The position numbers and the translations under genes were made by a program. 64,000 bases of DNA from contig JAXLUA010000004.1 in NCBI GenBank assembly GCA_046329805.1, positions 183,263 through 247,262 on the forward strand. The letters are read 5' to 3'. Below the pieces are notes generated by a model. It made no database searches. It worked only from the letters and a program-made list of their open reading frames with translations, and had not been told where the DNA came from. This document shows, piece after piece, positions 9,729-18,820 of the stretch. The DNA is from Chitinophagales bacterium. Lineage in GTDB: Bacteria > Bacteroidota > Bacteroidia > Chitinophagales > JADIYW01. Positions within the stretch are counted from its first letter, which is position 1, and each line of letters begins with the position of its first letter.

Positions 9729-11030
9729 ATGAATTCAATATTCCCCAACTATTGCTGTATTATATTGCTCTTATTATTTTGCAAAATGGGAAGCGCACAA
9801 AAATTAGTATCTAAACCATTTATCGGACATACGGATTCAGCATCGGTTAATGTATGGTGCATGTTCCAAAAAGCACAAGCCGTATTTATTCGAAATTCTG
9901 ATGGGCAACAAAAAATATTTTTATGGGATAAACAAAAATGCTATAAAAAATACTTACCCATAACTATTCATTTTGGTCAGCTCCAAAAAAATAAAGCTTA
10001 TACATTGGAATATTCTTTTAATGGACAAAATTATTATCCGTTAATTTCCGTACAGACCGACAATATAGACAGTTTACAAAATATATCTTTTTTAGCCGGT
10101 TCATGTGCTTTTATCAGTACCGGATTTAATGGGATAATAAAGCCATTTAACAGCCTTAGAATTTTTAAAGAAATGAAAAAGGACAGCAGCAATATGCTAT
10201 TATGGCTCGGCGACAATTTATATTACGTACTACAACCATTTAATTACAAATCTCAATTAAAAAGAAATATAAAAACCAGATTGAATAAAAAACTAAATGA
10301 GTTATTGGCCTCCAAACAAAATTATGCTATTTGGGACGATCACGATTATGGACATAATAATAGTGATGGTTTTTTTAAATTTAAAAAGAACTCATTAAAT
10401 GTATTTCAACAATTTTGGCCTAACCCGACGAATGACACCTTCAATTACTTTACCTACAAAAAATCAGATGTACAATTCTTCATGCTGGATGACAGATACA
10501 ATAATGAACATGAAAAATCTGTTTTAGGCACTACACAATTAGCGTGGCTGAAAAAAGAATTAGCGGCTTCCGATGCAAATTTTAAATTTATCTGTATCGG
10601 CATGCAGGCAATAAATCCGGTAAGCACAAAAGAATGTTTTTATAAAACTACTTCGGAGTTCAAAAGCCTCCTCGACTATATACAACTGCAAAAAATAAAT
10701 GGTGTGGTATTCCTTTCAGGCGATCGCCACCATGCCGAACTGTTAAGAGTACAGGAAAACGGCATGTATCCACTGTATGATTTTACCACTTCGCCATTAA
10801 CAATGTATCCCGTTAAAATTGGAAAGAGGAGCAAAGAACTCAAGAATCCTTACAGAATAGTGGGTACGTATTATCCAAGTTACAATTATGGAAAAATAAC
10901 CGTGAGCGGAGATTTTAATGCAAGAAAATGCCTATTGGAGCTAAAAAATAAACAAGGGAATGTGATTTGGAGGTATGAAATAAATAAGGAAGATTTGGTC
11001 ATAAAACCACAGCCATTGATAATCAATTGA
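9729..11030 (+). CDS. PhoD-like metallophosphatase, secreted
   Basis: Signal peptide, plus LGDNLYY, IWDDHDYGHNNSD and FLSGDRHHAEL metallophosphoesterase motifs. Confidence 0.75.
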   Translation: MNSIFPNYCCIILLLLFCKMGSAQKLVSKPFIGHTDSASVNVWCMFQKAQAVFIRNSDGQQKIFLWDKQKCYKKYLPITIHFGQLQKNKAYTLEYSFNGQNYYPLISVQTDNIDSLQNISFLAGSCAFISTGFNGIIKPFNSLRIFKEMKKDSSNMLLWLGDNLYYVLQPFNYKSQLKRNIKTRLNKKLNELLASKQNYAIWDDHDYGHNNSDGFFKFKKNSLNVFQQFWPNPTNDTFNYFTYKKSDVQFFMLDDRYNNEHEKSVLGTTQLAWLKKELAASDANFKFICIGMQAINPVSTKECFYKTTSEFKSLLDYIQLQKINGVVFLSGDRHHAELLRVQENGMYPLYDFTTSPLTMYPVKIGKRSKELKNPYRIVGTYYPSYNYGKITVSGDFNARKCLLELKNKQGNVIWRYEINKEDLVIKPQPLIIN

Positions 11031-11157
11031 TTATCAATAGGAACAAAACACAAATTTAATCAAATGTGGATAAAATGTGGACTTAATAAAAAATCAACAT
11101 AAACGCAAAAATATTCCACAAAAAATTACTATCTTTGCAACTCCAAAATTAAAAATC

Positions 11158-11466
11158 ATGTACGCAATTGTAGAAATAGGCGGTCATCAATTCAAAGTAG
11201 CACAAAACCAAGAGATTTTCGTGTATAAATTAGATGGCAATGCCGGTGACAAAGTTAACTTTGACAAAGTATTATTAGTATCCGGTGATGCAGGTACAAA
11301 AGTAGGCGCTCCTACGGTAAGTGGTGCTGCTGTGTCCGGTACTATCATCGAACATACTAAAGGTGACAAAGTAATCGTTTTCAAAAAGAAAAGAAGAAAA
11401 GGCTATAAAGTTAAAAACGGCTTTAGACAGTCTTATACAAAAGTAAAAATTGACGCAATTGCGTAA
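11158..11466 (+). CDS. rplU: 50S ribosomal protein L21
   Basis: [15 protein letters not shown]-terminus. The start was trimmed from 11077 to 11158. A TATCTTTG -7-like box lies at 11130-11137. Confidence 0.95.
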   Translation: MYAIVEIGGHQFKVAQNQEIFVYKLDGNAGDKVNFDKVLLVSGDAGTKVGAPTVSGAAVSGTIIEHTKGDKVIVFKKKRRKGYKVKNGFRQSYTKVKIDAIA

Positions 11467-11492
11467 TTCGTAAACTCAAAAATTCTAATAAA

Positions 11493-11741
11493 ATGGCTCA
11501 CAAGAAAGGTGTCGGTAGCTCCAAAAACGGTAGAGAATCACACAGCAAGCGATTAGGTGTTAAATTATACGGCGGTCAAGATGTTATCGCAGGAAATATT
11601 ATCATCCGTCAACGCGGAACAAAATTCCATCCGGGCGAAGGGGTTGGCTTAGGAAAAGACCATACTATCTTTGCTACTAAAGACGGTAAAGTATTGTTCA
11701 AAAAAGGATACAAAGACAGAACATTTGTGCATGTAGCATAA
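11493..11741 (+). CDS. rpmA: 50S ribosomal protein L27
   Basis: [24 protein letters not shown]...[13 protein letters not shown]. Confidence 0.95.
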   Translation: MAHKKGVGSSKNGRESHSKRLGVKLYGGQDVIAGNIIIRQRGTKFHPGEGVGLGKDHTIFATKDGKVLFKKGYKDRTFVHVA

Positions 11742-11760
11742 TCTTCTATTCTTTCATTAT

Positions 11761-11793
11761 AAAAAAAGACTGTCAATCGACAGTCTTTTTTTT
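11761..11793. terminator. Bidirectional rho-independent terminator between rpmA and pgk
   Basis: A7 run, stem AGACTGTC (11767-11774) / GACAGTCT (11779-11786), 4-nt loop, then a T7 run. Confidence 0.8.
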
Positions 11794-11815
11794 ATGCTGC
11801 TATAAATTATATTTA

Positions 11816-13027
11816 TTATAATAATGCAGCAACGCCCGGCAGTGTTTTCCCTTCAAAAAACTCTAATAATGCGCCACCTCCGGTAGAGATATAACTTACA
11901 TTATTCGCCAAACCAAATTTATTCACTGCTGCTACGCTATCGCCGCCGCCTACCAAGCTAAATGCACCATGTTTTGTAGCATCAGCCACTGCCATTGCAA
12001 TGCTTTTCGTTCCATTTTGAAAATTATCCATTTCAAAAACTCCCATTGGACCGTTCCATAAAATCGTTTTAGCATTTTTTATAACTTTTTCAAAAGCAGC
12101 AATTGCATTATGTCCAATATCTAAACCCATCCAACCCTCCGGGATATTCATATTATCTGCAATTTGCGTTTGGGCGGCATTATCAAATTTATTTGCAACG
12201 ATGGAATCTTCAGGCAATAAAATTTCTACCCCTTTAGCTTTTGCTCTTTCCAAAACATCTAATGCCAACACCAATTTATCCTCTTCCACTAACGAATTAC
12301 CGATATGCCCTCCTTTGGCTTTAAAAAATGTATATGCCATTCCTCCACCAATAATAATTGTGTCTGCTATGTTTAGCAAATTTTCTATTATCAATATTTT
12401 ATCAGATACTTTTGCGCCCCCCAAAATTGCTGTAAATGGTTTTTCCGCTTTAGTTAAAACTTTATCGGCGTTTGCCACTTCTGCTGCCATCAAATACCCC
12501 AAACATTTATTTTCAGTCGTAAAATGTTTGGCTACGATTGTGGTGCTGGCATGCGCTCTGTGTGCCGATCCAAATGCATCATTTACATATACATCGCCAT
12601 GATATGCTAATTGCGCAGCAAAGACCTCATCGCCTTTTTCTTCTCCTTTGTGAAATCGTGTATTCTCTAACAATAAAATTTGTCCGGGTTGTAAATTGTT
12701 AGCTAATTTTCTGCTTTCTTCATCCACACAATCATTAGCAAAAAGAACTTCTTTATTCAATAAAGCTGAAAGATGTTGAACAACATGTTTTAAAGAAAAT
12801 TTCTCTGTATCAATCGTGCCATCTTCTTTTAATTTTTTCAGCGGTCTGCCCAAGTGCGACATTAAAACCACACTGCCACCATCTTTTATTACTTTTAAAA
12901 TAGTGGGCAATGCCGCACGAATACGTGTATCGTCGGTGATATTAAATTGTTTATCAAAAGGCACATTAAAATCGACGCGAATTAACGCTCTTTTACCATT
13001 AAAATTAATTGAATCTACTGTTTGCAT
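11816..13027 (-). CDS. pgk: Phosphoglycerate kinase
   Basis: [13 protein letters not shown]-terminal signature and full-length 403 aa with the STGGGA C-terminal motif. Confidence 0.95.
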   Translation of the reverse strand: MQTVDSINFNGKRALIRVDFNVPFDKQFNITDDTRIRAALPTILKVIKDGGSVVLMSHLGRPLKKLKEDGTIDTEKFSLKHVVQHLSALLNKEVLFANDCVDEESRKLANNLQPGQILLLENTRFHKGEEKGDEVFAAQLAYHGDVYVNDAFGSAHRAHASTTIVAKHFTTENKCLGYLMAAEVANADKVLTKAEKPFTAILGGAKVSDKILIIENLLNIADTIIIGGGMAYTFFKAKGGHIGNSLVEEDKLVLALDVLERAKAKGVEILLPEDSIVANKFDNAAQTQIADNMNIPEGWMGLDIGHNAIAAFEKVIKNAKTILWNGPMGVFEMDNFQNGTKSIAMAVADATKHGAFSLVGGGDSVAAVNKFGLANNVSYISTGGGALLEFFEGKTLPGVAALL

Positions 13028-13073
13028 ATTTATTAATGATTAGTGATGAGTGATGTTGTACTTATAAAAAAAC

Positions 13074-13171
13074 TATTTACCATTTGCTATTTACCATTTA
13101 CCATTTACCATTTACTATTTACTATTTACTATTTACTATTTACTATTTACTATTTACCATTTACCATTTAC
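13074..13171. repeat. 14 tandem copies of the heptanucleotide YATTTAC
   Basis: Counted directly. The unit order is T,C(g),T,C,C,C,T,T,T,T,T,T,C,C, where T=TATTTAC, C=CATTTAC, plus one CATTTGC variant. The array lies between the gap stop (13183) and the pgk start (13027). Confidence 0.95.
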
Positions 13172-13182
13172 TCAAAAAACCA

Positions 13183-14184
13183 CTACAAAAATGCGACTTT
13201 TTCCACTAATTCCGCCAAGCGGTTGGCATAGCCATATTCATTATCGTACCAACCTACAATTTTCACCAAATCACCAATTTGCTGCGTAAGTCCTGCATCG
13301 AACGTGCAGGAAACCGGAGTGTGAATTATATCGCTGGAAACGATAGGTTCTTCGGTGTAAGCTAAAATATTTTTAAAAGAATTTTCGGCTGCCGATTTAA
13401 AGGTGGCATTTATTTCTTCAATAGTTGTTTGTTTTTCAATATTACAATATAATTCGGTAGAAGAACCAACGATAACCGGAACACGAACAGCGCTTCCTTT
13501 TATTTTTCCTTTTATTTCGGGCATCACCCATTCCAAAGCCTTATTGGCATTGGTAGTAGTGGGAACAATATTTTGTGCGGCTGCGCGCGCTCTTCTAAAA
13601 TCGTTTCCATGTATGCCGTCGTGCAAGCGTTGGTCGCCGGTGTAGGCATGTATGGTATTCATAAATGCATTCTTAATTCCAAAATTATCTTGCATTACTT
13701 TTACCATTGGGGCTAAGCAATTGGTGGTACAAGAGGCATTGGATAAAATAGTATCTTCTTTGGAAATAGCGTTGTCATTTATGCCCAAAACTATTGTTTT
13801 CACTGACTTATCAGCCGGTGAAGAGATAACTACTTTTTTAGCACCGGCATCAATATGTTCTTGTAATTTCTCTCTGTCGCGATATTTTCCGGTACATTCC
13901 ACCACGATGTCTATGTTCAAATCTTTCCAAGGTAAATCGGTAGAAGCAGCGATAGAAGTGCTGATTATTTCTTGACCTTCAATGAGGAGGTGATTTTCTT
14001 TTGCGGTAATCGTTTTATTCCATTTTCCTTGAGCGGTATCATGTTTTAGCAGGTATATTAAAGCATCGTTGGGAGCTAAATCGTTGATGGCAACGATATC
14101 TACCATTTGCTTATCAAAAAGTAATTGGAACACCAAGCGCCCAATGCGCCCTAATCCATTAATAGCAATACGAGGTTTAGCCAT
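13183..14184 (-). CDS. gap: Glyceraldehyde-3-phosphate dehydrogenase
   Basis: INGLGRIGRLVFQ Rossmann N-terminus, and active site SNASCTTNCLAP. Confidence 0.95.
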   Translation of the reverse strand: MAKPRIAINGLGRIGRLVFQLLFDKQMVDIVAINDLAPNDALIYLLKHDTAQGKWNKTITAKENHLLIEGQEIISTSIAASTDLPWKDLNIDIVVECTGKYRDREKLQEHIDAGAKKVVISSPADKSVKTIVLGINDNAISKEDTILSNASCTTNCLAPMVKVMQDNFGIKNAFMNTIHAYTGDQRLHDGIHGNDFRRARAAAQNIVPTTTNANKALEWVMPEIKGKIKGSAVRVPVIVGSSTELYCNIEKQTTIEEINATFKSAAENSFKNILAYTEEPIVSSDIIHTPVSCTFDAGLTQQIGDLVKIVGWYDNEYGYANRLAELVEKVAFL

Positions 14185-14253
14185 AGCGATGAATTTAATT
14201 TTTGTAAAAGTAGAGAGAATTTAGATTTGTAAAAAGAAATTATTGTTAAGTAG

Positions 14254-14283
14254 TTGTAGAAAAAAAAAAAGTTACTATATTTG
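14254..14283 (+). promoter_or_regulatory. Bacteroidota sigma-A type promoter of tRNA-Glu
   Basis: TTG (14254-14256), a 19-nt spacer, then TATATTTG (14276-14283). This matches TTG-N19-TAnnTTTG and sits 17 nt upstream of the tRNA 5' end. Confidence 0.6.
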
Positions 14284-14300
14284 CACTCGCTTTAGAGAAC

Positions 14301-14375
14301 GGCCCGTTCGTCTAGGGGTTAGGACAGGAGATTTTCATTCTTCAAACAGGGGTTCGATTCCCCTACGGGCTACCA
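14301..14375 (+). tRNA. tRNA-Glu (anticodon UUC), CCA encoded
   Basis: Hand-folded cloverleaf. Acceptor GGCCCGT/ACGGGCT (G1-U72 wobble), D stem GTCT/GGAC, anticodon stem GGAGA/TCTTC with loop TTTTCAT (TTC), T arm AGGGG-TTCGATT-CCCCT, discriminator A and CCA. Confidence 0.9.
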
Positions 14376-15882
14376 CAAGGGAAAGACTTTCATTATTGGA
14401 AGTCTTTTTCTTTTTTACCTCATCTAACTCATTGATATTGTTACACATTAGACTTAGTATTTCATTGGGTTTTGTGGTTCGATAACTACTATTTGAAAAC
14501 ACCAACTTTTCAGGGAATATCAAACCAATCATTTTCTGTTTATTTTCCAAATTTGACTGGTTATAGTAGTAAGATAAATTACTCAATAACGAAAATCCAA
14601 ACTTGCTATATTCAGCAAATCCATTTGTTGCACCTTTCAAATCTTCAATTCTATTCTTCAGTTCTACTATTTGTACCGCATACTTATCTTTTAGCATTTT
14701 ATAATCATGCTTATCCAAGCCACCATCAATTAAACTTTCAGCGGTCTTTTCTTGTTTATCTTTTGTTGCAGCAATTTGTTGATTTAACTTTTTAATCTCA
14801 GCTTCCCTATCACCTTCATTTGTTTTAAAAACATCTTCCATTATAGCAATATATAAACTTGCAATTTCAGGTTTTAGAGAAATAGATGTAAGCCATTTAT
14901 TAAATGAAGTATGAGCAATATCAGACTTAAATCTTTCTTTGCAACCAGACTGACAATGATAATAATAGTAAATACCACCATTTCCTTTAGAAGCACTTCC
15001 AGTTAGGTTTTTACCGCAGCAACTACAAACCAAAAAACCACGCAAAGCCAATTCTTCTTTTGCTTTACCTTTTTTGGCTTTAATTTTTTTCTTTCCAGAT
15101 AAAACATATTGCACTTCATTAAATAATTCTTCACTAATTATGGGTGCATGCAATCCTTTTACTAACTCCTCTCTTTCATTTTTAAACTCTTTTATCCTTA
15201 TCATTCCATAATAAAAAGGGTCACGCAACAACATCCAAAATCTATTTCTACTAACCTTTAAACCTTGCTTATTCATTTCTTTACGTAGTGCATCAATTTC
15301 CCACAATCCAGTAGCATACAATTCAAACGCTTTTTTTACCAATGGTTCTGATTTTGAAAATACGATGATAGGTCTATTCAGAGTATCACGAGCATTCCTG
15401 TATCCTATTGGTGCGCCACTTACCCATCTGCCCTCTTTCATAGCCTTTCGCATACCATTGGTAGTATTCAAAGAACGTCTTGCATTTTCAACCTGAGGTG
15501 TAGCCATGTAAATAGCTTTCATTAAGATATTTTCAGGCACGCTTTCATCTAAAAGTTGTTCAATTGCTTCCAATTCAACACCCATCTTTTTGAGTTGTGT
15601 TATCATCACTAATCCACCCTCTAAATCCCTCGAAAACCTATCAAACTTAATAACCAGAAGTTTTTTCACAAAACCTTTGTTACTTTTTAAGAAAGCAAGC
15701 AATTTATTAAATGCTGGTCTATCGAATGTCTTAGCAGAATGGTCATCTTGAAAATGTTGCACAACAGTATAGCCGTTAGCTTCAGCATACCTTTCTAACT
15801 TTTCTTTTTGGTCTCGTAAGCTAAAACCCTTTTCAGCCTGTTCATCTGTTGACACCCTTGTGTATAGTATTACATTTGCCAT
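14335..15882 (-). CDS. Large serine recombinase (resolvase/invertase N-domain, recombinase domain, zinc ribbon, coiled coil)
   Basis: MANVILYTRVSTDEQ catalytic-Ser motif, CSCCG...YYYHC zinc ribbon, 515 aa as integrated. The last 46 codons are read from host DNA through the tRNA terminator into the antisense tRNA-Glu. Confidence 0.85.
   Translation of the reverse strand: MANVILYTRVSTDEQAEKGFSLRDQKEKLERYAEANGYTVVQHFQDDHSAKTFDRPAFNKLLAFLKSNKGFVKKLLVIKFDRFSRDLEGGLVMITQLKKMGVELEAIEQLLDESVPENILMKAIYMATPQVENARRSLNTTNGMRKAMKEGRWVSGAPIGYRNARDTLNRPIIVFSKSEPLVKKAFELYATGLWEIDALRKEMNKQGLKVSRNRFWMLLRDPFYYGMIRIKEFKNEREELVKGLHAPIISEELFNEVQYVLSGKKKIKAKKGKAKEELALRGFLVCSCCGKNLTGSASKGNGGIYYYYHCQSGCKERFKSDIAHTSFNKWLTSISLKPEIASLYIAIMEDVFKTNEGDREAEIKKLNQQIAATKDKQEKTAESLIDGGLDKHDYKMLKDKYAVQIVELKNRIEDLKGATNGFAEYSKFGFSLLSNLSYYYNQSNLENKQKMIGLIFPEKLVFSNSSYRTTKPNEILSLMCNNINELDEVKKKKTSNNESLSLVVARRGIEPLFEE
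14383..14416 (+). terminator. Rho-independent terminator after tRNA-Glu
   Basis: Stem AAGACTTTC (14383-14391) / GGAAGTCTT (14398-14406) followed by TTTCTTTTTT. Confidence 0.7.
14475..14487. repeat. Left copy of the 13-bp direct repeat (putative attL core)
   Basis: TGGTTCGATAACT, identical to 32654-32666. It lies inside the 3' end of the recombinase ORF (codons SYRT). Confidence 0.7.
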
Positions 15883-16027
15883 TTTTTGATGGTTTTAAAG
15901 ATTTATAAATCTGATAGTCAAGGTTACCTAACTTGTACAGTAGGTCTCTAATTTGCTTAACTTGTTCGTCTGTGTAAGTTTGTCCGTTTTGTTGTAATGT
16001 TTTTTTACATTTTTCTAAATTTAACAT
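15842..16027 (-). CDS. Small hypothetical protein upstream of the recombinase (overlaps its start by 41 nt)
   Basis: ORF only, with no recognised motif. Its position suggests co-transcription with the recombinase. Confidence 0.35.
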   Translation of the reverse strand: MLNLEKCKKTLQQNGQTYTDEQVKQIRDLLYKLGNLDYQIYKSLKPSKNGKCNTIHKGVNR

Positions 16028-16101
16028 GTTGAAATCGCGTAACTACAACCTCAGGGCTTCTGATAGCTTTAGTGATTTGCAATTAGTCAGGGTGCTCCCC
16101 T

Positions 16102-16926
16102 TTATAACTTCTTTTTTATTTTTCTTAAAATTCTTGTTACACGTCCATCCTCTTCAATTAGTTCGATGGAAGCATATTTTTGCTCTTTTAAAATTTCATC
16201 AATCTTCTTTCTACAACTCACACTCTCCATTCCCTCGATTAAATCAATTTTACCACCCTTATACCTAACTTCTATTTTCTCAAAGGTTTTAATCCGCATA
16301 AAAGCAAGTAATTCTACCTCTTCAATGCTTAATGCAGCTTCATTTGTCACAGTAGGCTTCAAATCCACATCAGGGAAAAAACCTTGTATTATGTTATTCA
16401 AACTCAATTGTATATGATTATCCAATCCTAAAAAATCTCTTGACACTTTATACTGTGTATAATTAGCAGGTATCGCAACACCATCAGTAAAGACTAAAAT
16501 CAAGACCGGCATTTTATTTCCTATTGCAAAAGCAGTATAAAATTCAAGCAAAGGCATAGCTACACCGCACTTTTTACTATGAAATTCAAGACTTTCCTTA
16601 GTTACCTTAATCTGATTCCAACTCATACCAAAAGCCCTTAATTCATGTATTATTTTCAGCCAAATAGCATCCATTACACTAAATTTCCGCCACTCTTTCC
16701 CTGCTCTGGTCTTATCTAACAATCCCTCTTTCTCCCAACCGCTTATTTGCCTGTACGATATATTCTTAAATACCACCTTTCTGTCTCTGTCATTTAAGAT
16801 ATTTGATATATGATTACCCTTTCGTTCTTTAAAGTATTGGTAAAATCCATTATCAAAAGCATCATGCCTATATGCATCCAGTGCAATATCTCTTGTATTA
16901 GCGTTTTCTTTAGGGGGTTTCATCAT
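16102..16926 (-). CDS. MerR-like HTH domain protein with an uncharacterised C-terminal domain
   Basis: ISYRQISGWEKEGLL...WRKFSVMDAIWLKIIHELRAFGMSWNQIK follows the MerR-type HTH plus wing pattern. The C-terminal ~150 aa are unrecognised. Confidence 0.55.
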   Translation of the reverse strand: MMKPPKENANTRDIALDAYRHDAFDNGFYQYFKERKGNHISNILNDRDRKVVFKNISYRQISGWEKEGLLDKTRAGKEWRKFSVMDAIWLKIIHELRAFGMSWNQIKVTKESLEFHSKKCGVAMPLLEFYTAFAIGNKMPVLILVFTDGVAIPANYTQYKVSRDFLGLDNHIQLSLNNIIQGFFPDVDLKPTVTNEAALSIEEVELLAFMRIKTFEKIEVRYKGGKIDLIEGMESVSCRKKIDEILKEQKYASIELIEEDGRVTRILRKIKKKL

Positions 16927-17027
16927 TGGTTTATCTAAACAAATATACGCAAATTATACCAATCAGTAAGGTTTTTTTATACACATTTTTTTACTATTTT
17001 TGATTTAATCTATTAACTATATATACT

Positions 17028-17903
17028 ATGAATGTTGGCTCTAAAAAACACCTGCCTAAGTCTTCAAACTTTGAAGTATTTCGTTATCAGTTAGTTGTCG
17101 ACAAAACGCTGCAAATGGATATGTTTAAACAGTACCAAACAGCAGAAGACATCAGAGCAGACAAAAACAACATCTTTCACGAAATTCTAAATGCTCCAAA
17201 TTTCAATTTTTATTCCAGTAAGTCAGAGATAACATCGAAACTCCTCTATCAGAAAGATACGATGTACTATTACAAAATTGGAGTTAAAAGAAATGCAAAG
17301 GTCTTTAAGAAAGATTTTACAGAATCCAATATTGAAAACTACCCGAATATTATTGTAGCTATCAATAACCACCCTGAAGTACAGAAAATTGCCATTCAGG
17401 ATAATATTAAAGCATTTGGTAATTGTAAGATAGTTAGCCATTTCATACAAGACACTATTGATACAAAACTGAAAGCATACAATCTTTCAATGATGGCTGA
17501 ACCCTTATTTGATAAAAAAGAATTTTGGAAACTGGTACATAAATACCCGAAACAAATCCGGCAACTAACTTTTGATTTAGTTTCGCCGAATATGGCTAAT
17601 ATTTCTAAAAACTTAGACATTAATCTCAAACAGTTATACGAAGATACAAACACACACAAAACAAAAGTCGAATTAAATGCGGATGAGGGTAGTTATTTAG
17701 ACATTAAAGACAGTAGCAAATTCATAAATAGTTTAGTAGATTACAGTGCAGATGGTGGTGGTAATATACACATGCGTGTAAATGGTATTCGTAAGAAATT
17801 GCACACTGCCGAATCTCCAACAGAATTTAATATAGATGAAATGCTTCTAAAGAATGATGATTGGGAAAAACTAGACGTGTATTTTAGAGAAATCCTAATT
17901 TAA
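17028..17903 (+). CDS. Hypothetical protein (291 aa), divergent from the MerR-like gene
   Basis: Clean ORF with no signal peptide and no motif recognised. Confidence 0.55.
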   Translation: MNVGSKKHLPKSSNFEVFRYQLVVDKTLQMDMFKQYQTAEDIRADKNNIFHEILNAPNFNFYSSKSEITSKLLYQKDTMYYYKIGVKRNAKVFKKDFTESNIENYPNIIVAINNHPEVQKIAIQDNIKAFGNCKIVSHFIQDTIDTKLKAYNLSMMAEPLFDKKEFWKLVHKYPKQIRQLTFDLVSPNMANISKNLDINLKQLYEDTNTHKTKVELNADEGSYLDIKDSSKFINSLVDYSADGGGNIHMRVNGIRKKLHTAESPTEFNIDEMLLKNDDWEKLDVYFREILI

Positions 17904-17951
17904 GATGCAAAATTTTTCAAATAAATAATTGGTCTCTAATATCAAATTTTC

Positions 17952-17981
17952 GACAGTATTTATAAAAACTGTCCATTTTTT
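17952..17981 (+). terminator. Weak rho-independent terminator after the 291-aa gene
   Basis: Stem GACAGT (17952-17957) / ACTGTC (17968-17973) followed by a T6 run (17976-17981). Confidence 0.4.
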
Positions 17982-18027
17982 GGTTTCAAATATTTTCCTG
18001 TAAATTCATTTTACTGTCCATTTTTTG
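17968..18027 (+). promoter_or_regulatory. Two 15-bp direct repeats ACTGTCCATTTTTTG upstream of abiEi (candidate operator)
   Basis: Exact copies at 17968-17982 and 18013-18027, immediately 5' of the AbiEi ORF. Confidence 0.45.
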
Positions 18028-18034
18028 AACATAA

Positions 18035-18820
18035 GTGCTATATTTACATCTGATAACAATATATATCGTGCCTAAAGATTTTATTACAGAACAGCTAAAA
18101 CAAAGATTTATGGGTCAACCCCATATCTCCAGAGAAGAATTGCTGCACTTTTACAGGTCATTTGAGCCTGATTTAAAGGAAGGAACTTTTGGTTGGCGTA
18201 TTTATGCATTGAAAGAAAAAAACTTATTAAAACCTGTAAGAAAAGGGGTTTATACCCTATCTGTCAAGCCACAATTCCATCCTGCCCTAGATGCTAAGTT
18301 AAAAGAACTGTCAAACAAGATTGGAAAGCAGTTTCCATTTGCCAAATATTGCGTCTGGAATACTCGCTGGCTGAATGAATGGATGATACACCAGCCCGGC
18401 AGATTCTTAACCATAGTGGAGGTGGAAACTTCGGCAACAGAATCCGCTTTTTATTTTCTAAAAGACAATAACTTCAAAAATGTATTCCTCAACCCTGATG
18501 AAGAAGTACTGGAAAGATATATTTATGAAGAATCAGAAACCATAATTGTAAAAACACTGGTATCTAAATCACCGCTGAAAAAAGAAAAAAAGATTCCTGT
18601 TCCGGCAGCAGAAAAGATTTTGGTAGATTTATTTATCGACAAAAAGATATTTGCCCCCTTTCAGGGAAGTGAATTAGTCTATATCTTCAATAACGTATAT
18701 AAGCAATATGCGCTGAATATGACAAAACTACTGGCTTATGCCAAACGCAGAACCAAAGAGCCTGAACTATTGGATTTCATCACTAAGAATACACAACTCA
18801 CAGAATTATTAAGCGAATGA
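18035..18820 (+). CDS. abiEi: AbiEi-family type IV antitoxin / transcriptional regulator
   Basis: The N-terminal wHTH-like segment ITEQLKQRFMGQPHISREELLHFY...KNLLKPVRKGVYTL is typical of the AbiEi_4 N-domain. A 4-bp ATGA overlap joins it to the downstream AbiEii gene. The start is ambiguous (GTG 18035, GTG 18068 or ATG 18110). Confidence 0.7.
   Translation: MLYLHLITIYIVPKDFITEQLKQRFMGQPHISREELLHFYRSFEPDLKEGTFGWRIYALKEKNLLKPVRKGVYTLSVKPQFHPALDAKLKELSNKIGKQFPFAKYCVWNTRWLNEWMIHQPGRFLTIVEVETSATESAFYFLKDNNFKNVFLNPDEEVLERYIYEESETIIVKTLVSKSPLKKEKKIPVPAAEKILVDLFIDKKIFAPFQGSELVYIFNNVYKQYALNMTKLLAYAKRRTKEPELLDFITKNTQLTELLSE

Noticed and set aside
13043-13231. 62-aa ORF (LLFTIYYLLFTIYY...) spanning the gap-pgk spacer
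   Set aside because: It is simply the heptanucleotide array read in frame. The periodic peptide is an artefact of the 7-bp repeat, and there is no independent coding signal.
12201-13975. Antisense ORFs inside pgk and gap (12201-12602, 12816-13043, 13403-13645, 13652-13975), and similar shadow ORFs within purF, prfC, the adhesins, the ABC exporter and others
   Set aside because: They lie fully within, and antisense to, strongly supported conserved genes. These are typical shadow ORFs in an AT-rich genome.
14243-14485. 80-aa plus-strand ORF covering tRNA-Glu
   Set aside because: It overlaps a well-folding tRNA and its terminator, so it is a translation artefact.
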